A stretch of 64,000 bases of DNA from Actinomycetes bacterium. GTDB lineage: Bacteria; Actinomycetota; CALGFH01. Within the stretch, counting starts at the first letter, position 1; each line of letters begins with the position of its first letter. A program made the translations under genes and the position numbers. The notes below the pieces were generated by a model. It was not told the DNA's origin and made no database searches. It was given only the letters and a program-made list of their open reading frames with translations. Positions 18,451-27,587 of the stretch are shown one piece after another. Location of the stretch: the NCBI GenBank assembly GCA_035263405.1, contig DATFRI010000074.1, positions 9,824 through 73,823 on the forward strand. The letters are read 5' to 3'.

Positions 18451-19612
18451 GGGGAACGCCGTGGCCGATCTGCGCTTCGACGACGTGAGCTGCGTCTACC
18501 CGAACGGCGCCCGCGCGCTCACGCGCCTCACCCTGCACCTCGGCGACGGCGAGCTGGTCGCGCTCGTGGGGCCCTCCGGGTCGGGCAAGACCACCGCCCT
18601 GCGGGTCGCCGCGGGCCTGGAGCGCGTGACCGAAGGCGAGATCCGCATCGGCGGCCGGCTGGTCAACGACCTCGCTCCCGGCGAGCGCGACGTCGCGATG
18701 GTGTCCGAGCACGGCGCCCTCTCCCCCAACCTGGTCGTCGCCGACAACATCGCGCTGGGGCTGCGCCTGCGCAAGGTCCCCGCCGGCGAGATCCGCAAGC
18801 GCGTCGGCGCCGAGGCCCGCGTGCTGCGGCTCACCCGGCTGCTCGGGCGCCTGCCCGCCGCCCTGTCCTCCGGGCAGCGCCGCCGCGTCGGCCTCGGCCG
18901 CGCGCTGGTGCGCGTGCCCAGGGTGTACCTGCTCGACGAGCCCCTCACCCACGTGGACCCCCCCGAGCGGGCGCGCCTGCGCAGCGAGGTCGCCAGGCTC
19001 GTCAAGGGCCTCGGCGTGACCACCCTGTACGTGACCCACGACCAGGCCGAGGCGATGGCCGTCGGCGAGCGCGTCGGGGTGCTCCGCGGCGGCCGGCTCG
19101 AGCAGGCCGCGGCCCCGCGCGAGCTGTACGCGCGGCCGGGCAGCCTCTTCGTCGCCGGGTTCGTCGGCGACCCGCCCGCGAGCCTGCTCCCCGCCCTGGT
19201 GGACCGCGCCGGCGGCGACGCCGTCCTGGCCGTCGGCCCGCAGCGGCTGCCCCTGCCGGCCGGCCGCGGCCGCCGGCTGCTCTCCCGGCCCGGCCGCGAG
19301 GTCGTCCTCGCCGTCCGGCCCGAGCACGTCCACCCCGCCACCGGCGCTCCCGGCGAGGCGGCGCTCGCCGCCGTGGTCGCGCAGGTCGCCGCGCTCGGCG
19401 ACCACGACCGCGTCGCCTGCACGCTCGACGCGCCCCCGGTCCACGTTCCCGGCGAGCCGCCCCCCGCGCCGACCGCGACCGCCGAGCTGCTCGCACGCCT
19501 GGCGCCCGGCAGCCACCTGCGACCGGGCCGGCCCCTGCGGCTCGCCGTCGACCTGGACCGGGTGCACCTGTTCGACCCGCGCACCGGCGCCGCCCTGGAC
19601 TACGGGAGCTGA
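18451..19612 (+). CDS. ABC transporter ATP-binding protein (MalK/UgpC-like with C-terminal TOBE-like domain)
   Basis: Walker A GPSGSGKTT, ABC signature LSSGQRRRV, Walker B YLLDEP and H-loop VTHD. Starts at the GTG of VADLRFDDV. There is no adjacent permease. Confidence 0.85.
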
Positions 19613-19720
19613 GACCCGCCGCGCGCGCCCGCCGCCTACGGCGGCGGGGCATGCCGGGCGTAGGATGCTCGCGTCGTCGCCGTCGCGCCCAGGCGTCGCG
19701 GCAGGACCAGGAGGCGGCGG

Positions 19721-19930
19721 TTGGCGGAGGCCAGCGTCATCGGGAGGGTCGGGCGGGTCACCGGGACGATCGGCCCCCGACGGCTCGGGGAGGTGATGGT
19801 GCCGATCCGCGGCGGGAGCGAGGCGTTCCACGCCTACAGCACCGACCCCGAGGAGACCATCCGCCTCGGCACCCGCGTCGTCGTGGTCGAGTACTTCCCG
19901 CCGCGGACGGTCGTGGTGAGCCCGGTCTGA
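19721..19930 (+). CDS. NfeD-like OB-fold protein (short form)
   Basis: 69 aa, GRVGRVTGTIGPRRLGEVMVPIRGGSEAFHAYS...RVVVVEY. This matches the beta-barrel C-domain of NfeD/YuaF proteins. It lies immediately upstream of flotillin. Confidence 0.7.
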   Translation: MAEASVIGRVGRVTGTIGPRRLGEVMVPIRGGSEAFHAYSTDPEETIRLGTRVVVVEYFPPRTVVVSPV

Positions 19931-20002
19931 CACGGCCTTGATCCCCGACGGACGACGATCCGGTCGACGGTCATCCTCCGACCCCGAAGGCAGGGACCTC
20001 TC

Positions 20003-21553
20003 GTGGACCTCTCCGCGACCACCATCCTCATCGCCGGCCTCGCCGCCGTCGGCCTGCTCGTCCTGTTCGTGGTCTTCAAGCTCATGTGGCGCGTCGCCGA
20101 GCCGAACGAGGCGCTGATCATCTCCGGGCTGCGCGAGCACAACCCCCAGGGCGTCGGCGAGAGCCTCGGGTTCAAGATCGTCACCGGCAAGGGCACGCTG
20201 GTCCTGCCCGGCATCCAGATGGTCAGGCGGCTGTCGCTGGACCTGCGCGAGGCCGAGCTGGCCATCGACTGCGTCACCCACCAGGGGATCCCTCTCGGCG
20301 TCCGCGGCGTGGTGATCTTCAAGGTCGGCGACGACTACGTCTCCATCGCCAACGCCGCCCGTCGCTTCCTCGACCAGCAGGACCAGATGAACGCGCGGGT
20401 CCACAACGTGTTCGCCGGCCACCTGCGCGCCATCGTCGGCGGGATGACCGTCGAGGAGATGATCCGCGACCGCGAGAAGCTCACCCAGCTCACCCGCGAG
20501 TCCAGCGGGGTCGAGATGGAGAAGCTCGGGCTGATCGTCGACTCCCTGCAGATCCAGGAGATCGTCGACCCCAGCGGCTACATCACCAACCTCGGGCTGC
20601 CGCACGCCGCCGCCGTCAAGCGCGACGCGCGCATCGCCCAGGCCGGTGCCGACCGCGCCGCCACCCAGGCCGAGCAGGAGGCCGACGCCCTCAAGGCCGA
20701 GTCGCGCCGGCACAGCATGATCAAGCAGTCCGGCTTCCAGGCGGAGATCGACCACGCCGCGGCCCAGGCCAGCCAGGCCGGGCCGCTGTCGGAGGCGACC
20801 GCCCGCCAGCAGGTCGTGGTCGAGGAGACCAAGGTCGCCCAGCTCGAGGCGGAGCGGGAGGAGCAGCGCCTCCAGGCGTCGATCCGCAAGCCCGCCGACG
20901 CGCGCGCCTACGAGCAGACCACCTTCGCCCGCGCCGAGCGCGACGCCCGCATCTCCACCGCCGAGGCGCAGGCCCGCGAGGTCGAGCTGCAGGCCCAGGC
21001 GCACGCCCACCGCGTCAAGGCCGAAGCCGACGCCGAAGGCGAGCGGCTGCGCGTCGTCGCCGGCGCCGAGGCCGACCGGGTCCGCGCCGAATCCAGCGCG
21101 CACGCCGACTCGACCAGGATGCTCGGCGAAGCCGACGCGGACGCCACCCGCGCGCGCGGCGAGGCCCATGCCGCCGCCGCCCGCGCCGGCGGCATGGCCG
21201 AGGCGGCCGCGATCAAGGCCCGCGGCGAGGCCCTCGCCGACAACGAGGACGCCATCATCGGCCAGGAGCTGGCGGCACACTGGCCCGAGATCGTCGAGGC
21301 CGCGGCCAAGCCGTTCGGCTCGGTCGACCAGATGATCATGCTGAACGGCGCCAAGGGCCTCTCCGACGCGCTCGCGCAGGCGCTCAGCCAGGGCGTCGCC
21401 GGGCTCCAGCTCGCCCGCGGCCTCCTCTCGGCCGGCAACGGCGCCCGGCAGGCCGCCAACGCGGGACCCGCCGCCACCACGGGACCCGCCGCCAACGGCG
21501 CCGAACCCGCCGAGGACGCCACCGGCGTCCAGGCGCTGCCTCCGGCCCCGTAG
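20003..21553 (+). CDS. Flotillin family (SPFH domain) protein
   Basis: N-terminal TM, SPFH/band-7 domain, then a long Ala/Glu-rich flotillin coiled coil (EA repeats). Confidence 0.9.
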   Translation: MDLSATTILIAGLAAVGLLVLFVVFKLMWRVAEPNEALIISGLREHNPQGVGESLGFKIVTGKGTLVLPGIQMVRRLSLDLREAELAIDCVTHQGIPLGVRGVVIFKVGDDYVSIANAARRFLDQQDQMNARVHNVFAGHLRAIVGGMTVEEMIRDREKLTQLTRESSGVEMEKLGLIVDSLQIQEIVDPSGYITNLGLPHAAAVKRDARIAQAGADRAATQAEQEADALKAESRRHSMIKQSGFQAEIDHAAAQASQAGPLSEATARQQVVVEETKVAQLEAEREEQRLQASIRKPADARAYEQTTFARAERDARISTAEAQAREVELQAQAHAHRVKAEADAEGERLRVVAGAEADRVRAESSAHADSTRMLGEADADATRARGEAHAAAARAGGMAEAAAIKARGEALADNEDAIIGQELAAHWPEIVEAAAKPFGSVDQMIMLNGAKGLSDALAQALSQGVAGLQLARGLLSAGNGARQAANAGPAATTGPAANGAEPAEDATGVQALPPAP

Positions 21554-21596
21554 CCGGCACCCAGGCGGGGGCATGATCGCGGCCTGATCCGCATCC

Positions 21597-21632
21597 GCCG
21601 GCCGCCCGGGCGGGACGATCCGGGCGGCCGGC
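21597..21632 (+). terminator. Perfect 13-bp inverted repeat (GCCGGCCGCCCGG-N10-CCGGGCGGCCGGC) 44 nt downstream of flotillin. A likely intrinsic terminator hairpin.
   Basis: Stem1 at 21597-21609 and stem2 at 21620-21632 are exact reverse complements. There is no T-tract, as is usual in high-GC actinomycetes. Confidence 0.5.
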
Positions 21633-21860
21633 CCAGCTCCCGGCGCGCCTGGCGGCCGCTGGTTGCCGGGGCGGGTCACCGTCCGCGTCCAGAAGCGGTC
21701 GGCCGGCCCTGTCCCGATGAGGAGCGTTTCGTTGCCTGCCCGTCGCAGATCCTTGTCGCGGCGGGGTTAGCGTGGTGGCGCTTTCGGCGGTCGCGGATCC
21801 CCACGACCGCGCGTCGCCGCGCACGCGGCGGGCGCGACCCGGCTCGGCGGGCAGGCGTTC

Positions 21861-24155
21861 GTGGTCGCCGGTTCGGTGATCGGAGGAGCGGTGGAGGTCG
21901 CACCCCCGAGCCTGGGCGACCGGTTCCCGAGCAGGCTGCGGACCGCGGTCATCGGCGTCACGGCTGCGGGCCGGCTGCTCCTGACGCTGCTGCTGCTGGC
22001 CGGCGTCCTGCTGCTGGTCGCGGTCGTGCGCCAGGCCGACGCCGGCGCGCACGAGCTGACCGGCGGGCGCCCCGCCGCCGGCGGACCCGCTGCAGGCACG
22101 CCGGCGGCCGGGGCGCGCGGCCGGGTGACGGCGGGCCGGAGCAGGCCCGTGCGCACCCCGCTGGGGCGCTACGAGGCCGCCGTGGCGCAGGCCGCAGGGC
22201 TGTCCGACCGGCTGGCGCAGCAGCCGCGGGCGCTCCCGGTCCCGCACGGCACGGGGACGGCCGGGGCCGCGTCGACGCGGAGACCGGCCCCCGCGAGCGG
22301 CAGGCGGCCTCCAGGCACGACGGGCGACACCGCGCCCAGGCTGGCACACGCCGGGTGGCGCCCGGCGAGGCTCCGGGCCGAGCCGGCCCACCGGCGGGCG
22401 GCCGCGCCCGGCAGCCGGGGCGCCCCGCGCCCGCCGGGCGGTGGGACGAAGGCGCCAGCCCGGTCGCGCGGCGCCGGCCAGGGCGTGCTGGCGCCCGCGC
22501 CGGCGCGGCCGGAGGAGGGCCCCCACCAGATCGGCCTGCCGGAGCCGATCGACATGTCGAGGATCCTCGCGGGCAGACGCGTGGTCTGGATCGGTGACGA
22601 CCACGGCTCCCTCCAGATGCGCGAGCAGCTGCCGTTGCTGCTGGCGCAGCTCCGGCAGGCGGGATTCACGGACCTGCTGCTCGAGGGGCTTTCGCACGAC
22701 CGCCGTGACGTGGACCCGGCGGACAGCGCCGCGGTCCTCCGGTTCATGAAGCGGACTGTGGAAGAGCTGCAGCCCGGCCTCATCGCCGCGAACCACAGGG
22801 TCTATGAATCCGCGAGGAAGCTGGGGTTCAACGTCTCCGGGCTGGAGCTGCCGAGACGCAGGCTCGCTGGCCTCCTGCACAGGATCTCCGCCGCGCTTCC
22901 CGGCAAGCGCAAGGACCGCGACAAGATCTTTGCGCACTCGGCGCCCAGGAGAGACCAGCACTTTGCCGAGACCGTCGCCAGACTTGCTGCGGATCCGCGC
23001 AGGAAGATCGCCATCCTGGTCGGCTTCGGCCACCTCGGGTACTGGTCGGTTGAGACGGCGAACACCCTGCTGGCGAAGAAGGGCATCCCGTCGGCGGTCG
23101 TGCAGACCTACCACTCCGACCTCACCAAGTTCTGGTACTCGGCGGCGCAGGACGTGATGCTCCTGGCCACGGAGATGATGCCCGACTCGTTCATGCTCGG
23201 GATGTCGGGGTCGAGGAACTGGGACTACCTGATCCGCTACGGTCCCGGACCGCCGCGGACCGCCGCCGGCGGACAGGCCCGACCGGCCCGGGAGCCGCTG
23301 GACCAGACGATCGCCCGCGAGCGCGCTCTGAAGCTGCTGGAGCGGCTCGTGACGGGCCTCAACCAGGACTTTCAACACAGGAGGACCTTCTCCGGCGGTG
23401 GTGAGGTGGTGAGGGTCGATTACCACGGCAAGCTGGTGCAGCGGTACCTGGAAACCGTCAACAAGCTGAAGGAACCGCTGCGGCCCGTCTTCGACCCGCC
23501 CGCGCCGTCCTGGCCGCCGCCGATGCCGGTGCCCGGACCCCGGTGGGACCCGCAACGCGACGGCGCGCTCCAGCCGGATGCGGAGACGGGACCGGAGGGC
23601 GGACAGCGTCCCGACCAGCCCGCCACGACCACGGCCCGCACCACCACCGCCGCGGCGTCCCCCCGGGCCCTCGCCGGCCGCCCGCCCGCCGGCACCGCCG
23701 GTACCCGGCCCGCCGGCGGCGCACGCGGCTTCACGCTCGGCATCGAGTCGGCGCAGGGAGCGAGCTTCGTCTACGCCGACGGTGCGCTCACCCTCCTCGA
23801 ACCCACCGACATCGAGGGGGTCCACGTCGAGGCGGGCACGGTCATCGACCGCGACCGCAACGTGATCGCCCCTGGCGGCACCGTGCTGGGCCCGCTCGGC
23901 CAGCTCGCCGCCGGCCAGCCGGCCGTCGTGCGCGACACGGACCAGGCCGGGGCCACTGCGGCCCCCGGTCCGGCCGGGCAGCCCGCGCTGCCGCCGTCGA
24001 CGCCGTCGGACACCACCGCGCCGGTGCCGGAGACGGTCACCGGCGCGCTCGATGGCGGCGACCGCACCGCCGCCGCCGGCGGCTCCGACGGCGATCCCCT
24101 CGGCAACGAGTTCGGTGACGTTCCCGGCGGCTACGGGTTCGGCGGCACAGGCTAG
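21861..24155 (+). CDS. Family member 1. Signal-anchor membrane protein with a Pro/Arg/Ala-rich linker, a ChaN/TraB/Tiki-like (Cofac_haem_bdg-like) domain, a Pro/Thr-rich region and a small C-terminal beta domain.
   Basis: TM segment RLLLTLLLLAGVLLLVAVVRQADAG. The domain carries VVWIGDDHGS...LLLEGLSHD...KIAILVGFGHLGYW, which resembles the GE.HDN / LEmf / aGagH pattern of ChaN-type proteins. The lower-GC core lies at about 22560-23480. Confidence 0.6.
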   Translation: MVAGSVIGGAVEVAPPSLGDRFPSRLRTAVIGVTAAGRLLLTLLLLAGVLLLVAVVRQADAGAHELTGGRPAAGGPAAGTPAAGARGRVTAGRSRPVRTPLGRYEAAVAQAAGLSDRLAQQPRALPVPHGTGTAGAASTRRPAPASGRRPPGTTGDTAPRLAHAGWRPARLRAEPAHRRAAAPGSRGAPRPPGGGTKAPARSRGAGQGVLAPAPARPEEGPHQIGLPEPIDMSRILAGRRVVWIGDDHGSLQMREQLPLLLAQLRQAGFTDLLLEGLSHDRRDVDPADSAAVLRFMKRTVEELQPGLIAANHRVYESARKLGFNVSGLELPRRRLAGLLHRISAALPGKRKDRDKIFAHSAPRRDQHFAETVARLAADPRRKIAILVGFGHLGYWSVETANTLLAKKGIPSAVVQTYHSDLTKFWYSAAQDVMLLATEMMPDSFMLGMSGSRNWDYLIRYGPGPPRTAAGGQARPAREPLDQTIARERALKLLERLVTGLNQDFQHRRTFSGGGEVVRVDYHGKLVQRYLETVNKLKEPLRPVFDPPAPSWPPPMPVPGPRWDPQRDGALQPDAETGPEGGQRPDQPATTTARTTTAAASPRALAGRPPAGTAGTRPAGGARGFTLGIESAQGASFVYADGALTLLEPTDIEGVHVEAGTVIDRDRNVIAPGGTVLGPLGQLAAGQPAVVRDTDQAGATAAPGPAGQPALPPSTPSDTTAPVPETVTGALDGGDRTAAAGGSDGDPLGNEFGDVPGGYGFGGTG

Positions 24156-24344
24156 CTCCGAATCGTTACTGGCCCGTGGCGGGCATGCGACGGGAGCAGG
24201 TCACGATGGTTCCGGAGGGTCGCCCGCGGCGCGTTGCGGCGACCCGCCCGCGAGCCGGACGTCCCCCTGTGCGGCGCCCTGAACCCTGACGGCGGGCAGC
24301 GTGCGCTGACCCGGCGTCATCCTGCCGCCTCCCCGGCCGGCTCG

Positions 24345-26483
24345 ATGGTGCTGCCGGGTGGGAGGAGTGGCGTGGAGTCTGATCGGGTCTCCCTGGACCG
24401 TGGGGCCGCCGGCTTCGGGCGTGCCGCCGCGGTCCTGGCCGGAGCGGTCCGGCTGCTGGTGGCCGCGCTGCTGCTCGGCACGGTCCTGCTGATCCTCGCG
24501 CTGGTCGACCAGAGTGTGGCGGGCGCGGCGGTCGCCGCCCGCGGGTCTTCGGCCGGCGCCCAGGTCGAGGCGACCCGGACGCCGGCCGGCGGACCGCGGA
24601 CCCCCGGGGCGGCCGGCAGCTCAGGGGCGCCGCAAGCCGTGGTGGAGCGGTATGCGCGGGCGTGGGAGGCGGCCGCGCGCCAGCTGCCCCGCGGCGCGGA
24701 TGCTCCGCCCGGACCGGTCGAGGTGGCCGCGCTCCAAGCCGGCACGCAGCCTGATGGTCGCGGGCGGGACGCGTCGGGGGTGCCGCCACCGTTGCAGCTC
24801 GCCTGGCCCGGGGCCAGGGCTCACGAGGCGCGCCAGCGGCTCAGCAACCCGCCTCGCATCCCCGACCCCACCGCCGGCGACGTCGGGGAGGAGGGGACCG
24901 TCGCGCCCGAGACCTCGCGCTGGATCACCTTCTCCTCCAGCCCGTTCCCGCCGGAAGGGAAGGCGAAGCGGCCGGCCTCCGGGCTTCCAGGACCCTGGGA
25001 GCAGCACACCGTCCTGCTCCGCACCGGCGAGAGCGTCTCGTTCACGGCCCGCAGCAGCTCGAAGGGCGGGGTGGAGTTCGCGCCGGGCACCGGGCCTCGG
25101 GGAGAACCCTTCAGGTGGCCGGACGGCACGGAGGAGTACCAGTGGTTCCAGACCCGGGACGGCTTCGTCCCACTCCGGACGCGCGTGCTCGACAACGAGG
25201 TCGAGGTCGCCGAGGTCACGCTCCCCCCACCCACGGTGCTGTACGAGAACGGACTGGCGGACTTCGGCAACCTGCTTCAGGTGACCATAACGACCGACCC
25301 GCACCCGCAGCCGCCGCCGCCGGACTGGAAGGTGGAGTCGGTGAAGGTCAACCTCGACGCCGCCACGGTGCTGCCGATCACCACGCGGGTGAGCCGAGCG
25401 GACGGCGTGACGTTCGGCGAGGGCCCCGGCCCGGTCGGCACGCCCGAGGTGCTGCCGGACGGCACCCAGCTGTACAGGTGGTACCGCTTGTACGGCCCCG
25501 ACGGTGAACACATGGACATGCGGCTGGACACGAAGGTCACGCCGTACAACGACCGGGAGGTCTCGTTCCGCAGCGCCTACTCCGACGACACGTGGGTCGA
25601 GCGCGAGTCGGGCTACGAGATCAGGATCGCGGTGCCGACCGAACCGGAGCTGCGGGTGAAGCCGCAGCCCAGCCCGCTGTGGGGTGGACACCTGGTCGAG
25701 GGCGTGGCCGACTACGGCGGGATGACGGCCAAGTTCTTGATCCAGGTGACCAGGGACGGCCGGGCGTTCCGGGGCAGCGGGCCGGTCGGGGCCTACACCG
25801 AGGACGCCGTCGACCACTCGCGCACCTACAGCTGGTTCTCGATCGAGAAGGAGGACGGCTCCACGCTCGTCATCCCGATGCAGGTGCACACGGAGGCCGA
25901 CGGGACCATTCGCAGCTTCGGGCGGTTCGACGGGCTGGTGCCGGCACAGCGGGCGTTCAACCCGCAGGGTCCGCCGCCGCGGGAGCTCAGGGAGCAGCGC
26001 TCCGAGCTGGAGTCACCCACGGACCCTGCGGACCTCGGGACCCCCGCGGGCGCGACCACCTCTGCGAGAGCGCAGGAGCCGGGCGGCGAGGCGCCCCGGC
26101 AGGCCCTGCAGGCCGACCTCGGTCCGCCGGACCAGACCCCGCCCGCCACGCCCGCGACGCCCATGGCGGGCGCCGTGCGGCCGGCGGAGACGGCGGAGGC
26201 GGCCGCGGCCTCGCCAGCGCCGCCGGTGGTGTCCGGCCAACCGTCCGGGCCGGTGGCCGGGTGGCCCCCGACGCCGCCGTCGGACCAGCCCACACACGTC
26301 GCGGAGGCTCCGCAGACGGCGCCGGCGGCACCGGAGCTGGCAGCGCCGGGGGAGCTGGTGGAAGCGGACGGCTCGGCGCCAGAGGACGGGGCCGGTGGCG
26401 CCGTCGGGCCGGTGCAGATGGCCGACGTCGAGGGCGACGCGGGCCCCGGGTTGCCCTTCGGCGGGGCCAGCCTCCCGTCCTGA
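24345..26483 (+). CDS. Family member 2. Signal-anchor membrane protein with a large uncharacterised beta-rich ectodomain and a Pro-rich tail.
   Basis: N-module RAAAVLAGAVRLLVAALLLGTVLLILALVDQSVAGAA is ~65% identical to that of member 3. The ectodomain (~aa 230-590) is locally lower GC. The alternative start is the GTG at 24372. Confidence 0.6.
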   Translation: MVLPGGRSGVESDRVSLDRGAAGFGRAAAVLAGAVRLLVAALLLGTVLLILALVDQSVAGAAVAARGSSAGAQVEATRTPAGGPRTPGAAGSSGAPQAVVERYARAWEAAARQLPRGADAPPGPVEVAALQAGTQPDGRGRDASGVPPPLQLAWPGARAHEARQRLSNPPRIPDPTAGDVGEEGTVAPETSRWITFSSSPFPPEGKAKRPASGLPGPWEQHTVLLRTGESVSFTARSSSKGGVEFAPGTGPRGEPFRWPDGTEEYQWFQTRDGFVPLRTRVLDNEVEVAEVTLPPPTVLYENGLADFGNLLQVTITTDPHPQPPPPDWKVESVKVNLDAATVLPITTRVSRADGVTFGEGPGPVGTPEVLPDGTQLYRWYRLYGPDGEHMDMRLDTKVTPYNDREVSFRSAYSDDTWVERESGYEIRIAVPTEPELRVKPQPSPLWGGHLVEGVADYGGMTAKFLIQVTRDGRAFRGSGPVGAYTEDAVDHSRTYSWFSIEKEDGSTLVIPMQVHTEADGTIRSFGRFDGLVPAQRAFNPQGPPPRELREQRSELESPTDPADLGTPAGATTSARAQEPGGEAPRQALQADLGPPDQTPPATPATPMAGAVRPAETAEAAAASPAPPVVSGQPSGPVAGWPPTPPSDQPTHVAEAPQTAPAAPELAAPGELVEADGSAPEDGAGGAVGPVQMADVEGDAGPGLPFGGASLPS

Positions 26484-26508
26484 CCCGGCCGGCCTGGGGA
26501 CTGGCTGG

Positions 26509-27462
26509 TCAGCTCGCGAGGACGGAGATGTCGCCGCTGCCGGTGCGGGCGATGATGGTCCGTGGCGCGGCGGGGTCCTGGCGCAGCGACAGGCTCGTCT
26601 CGCCGCTGCCGCTGTGCGCGTCGACCCGGTAGACCGCGTCGGGGACCGTGACCTGCACGTCGCCCGAGCCGCTGGTGGCGGAGACCTGGTCGGGCACGGT
26701 GGCGACCATGACCAGCTCGACGTCGCCGCTGCCCGAGCGTGCCTGGACGCGGCGGGCGTCGACGTCGGCGCCGGTGACGTCGCCGGAGCCGCTGGAGGCG
26801 GTGACGTCGCCGCGGACCCGCCGGACGAGGATCTCGCCGGAGCCGGTCTGCGCGGCGACCGGGCCGGTCACGTCGCGGGCGGTCACGTCGCCGCTGCCGC
26901 TGCGCAGGTCGGCCGCTGCCGCGAGGCCGGCGATCCGGACCTCCCCGGAGCCGGTATGGAGGTCGACCGGCGTCCGCGCCGGGACCTCGAGCCGGAAGCT
27001 CACCGAGCAGCGCCCGAGCCACAGCCGGCAGTCACCCCGCAGGCGGAGGGTGCCGCCGTCCAAGGTCTGCTCGACCTTCGGGCGGCGCCAGGACTGCTCG
27101 GCGGCGACCTCGACGCGGACGTCCTCGCGCGCGCCGGCGACGAGCCTGACGTCGCCGGACTCGGTGTCGACGCGGATGTCGCGAACGCCGGAGAACGTGC
27201 GCGTGGACCGCTCGGTCCGCCCGATGGCCTGCCCCACGAGGGCGGTGGAGCCGGCGAGGACGAACACCAGGCCGAGGATGCCGACCGCGATCGCGACGCC
27301 GCGGTTGCGCGGACGCCCCGGCCCGGCGGCGGCCCGCCCGGCGCCGCCGGTGCCTGCCAGCCCACTCCCACCGGTACCCGTCTGGCCGGCGCCGGTACCC
27401 GTCTGGCCGGCGCCCTGGTCGGTGCCGCCGGTGCCCGTCTGCTCGTTGCCGCTGGTGCTCAT
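26509..27462 (-). CDS. DUF4097-family beta-helix protein (putative adhesin fold) with an N-terminal Gly/Thr-rich segment and a TM
   Basis: Repeated SGSGDV / TGSGE beta-helix rungs, the TM segment VAIAVGILGLVFVLAGSTALV, and the SD GGGGAGGA upstream of the ATG at 27462. Confidence 0.8.
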   Translation of the reverse strand: MSTSGNEQTGTGGTDQGAGQTGTGAGQTGTGGSGLAGTGGAGRAAAGPGRPRNRGVAIAVGILGLVFVLAGSTALVGQAIGRTERSTRTFSGVRDIRVDTESGDVRLVAGAREDVRVEVAAEQSWRRPKVEQTLDGGTLRLRGDCRLWLGRCSVSFRLEVPARTPVDLHTGSGEVRIAGLAAAADLRSGSGDVTARDVTGPVAAQTGSGEILVRRVRGDVTASSGSGDVTGADVDARRVQARSGSGDVELVMVATVPDQVSATSGSGDVQVTVPDAVYRVDAHSGSGETSLSLRQDPAAPRTIIARTGSGDISVLAS

Positions 27463-27587
27463 CTGCGGATCCTCCCCGCTCGGTGGGCCGGCCCACGCGT
27501 GCGCCGGCCCGCTGTCACTGAACCACCGGGACCGCCTGCGGCGCCCGCCGACCCGACTGCACGCCGGGGGCGCCGCAGGCGCCGCTG

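Noticed and set aside
17101-21679. Long ORFs 17101..19941 (+), 18344..21679 (-) and 21384..23825 (-)
   Set aside because: They overlap the methyltransferase, ABC ATPase, flotillin and member-1 genes in other frames. The translations are Arg/Gly/Pro-rich junk.
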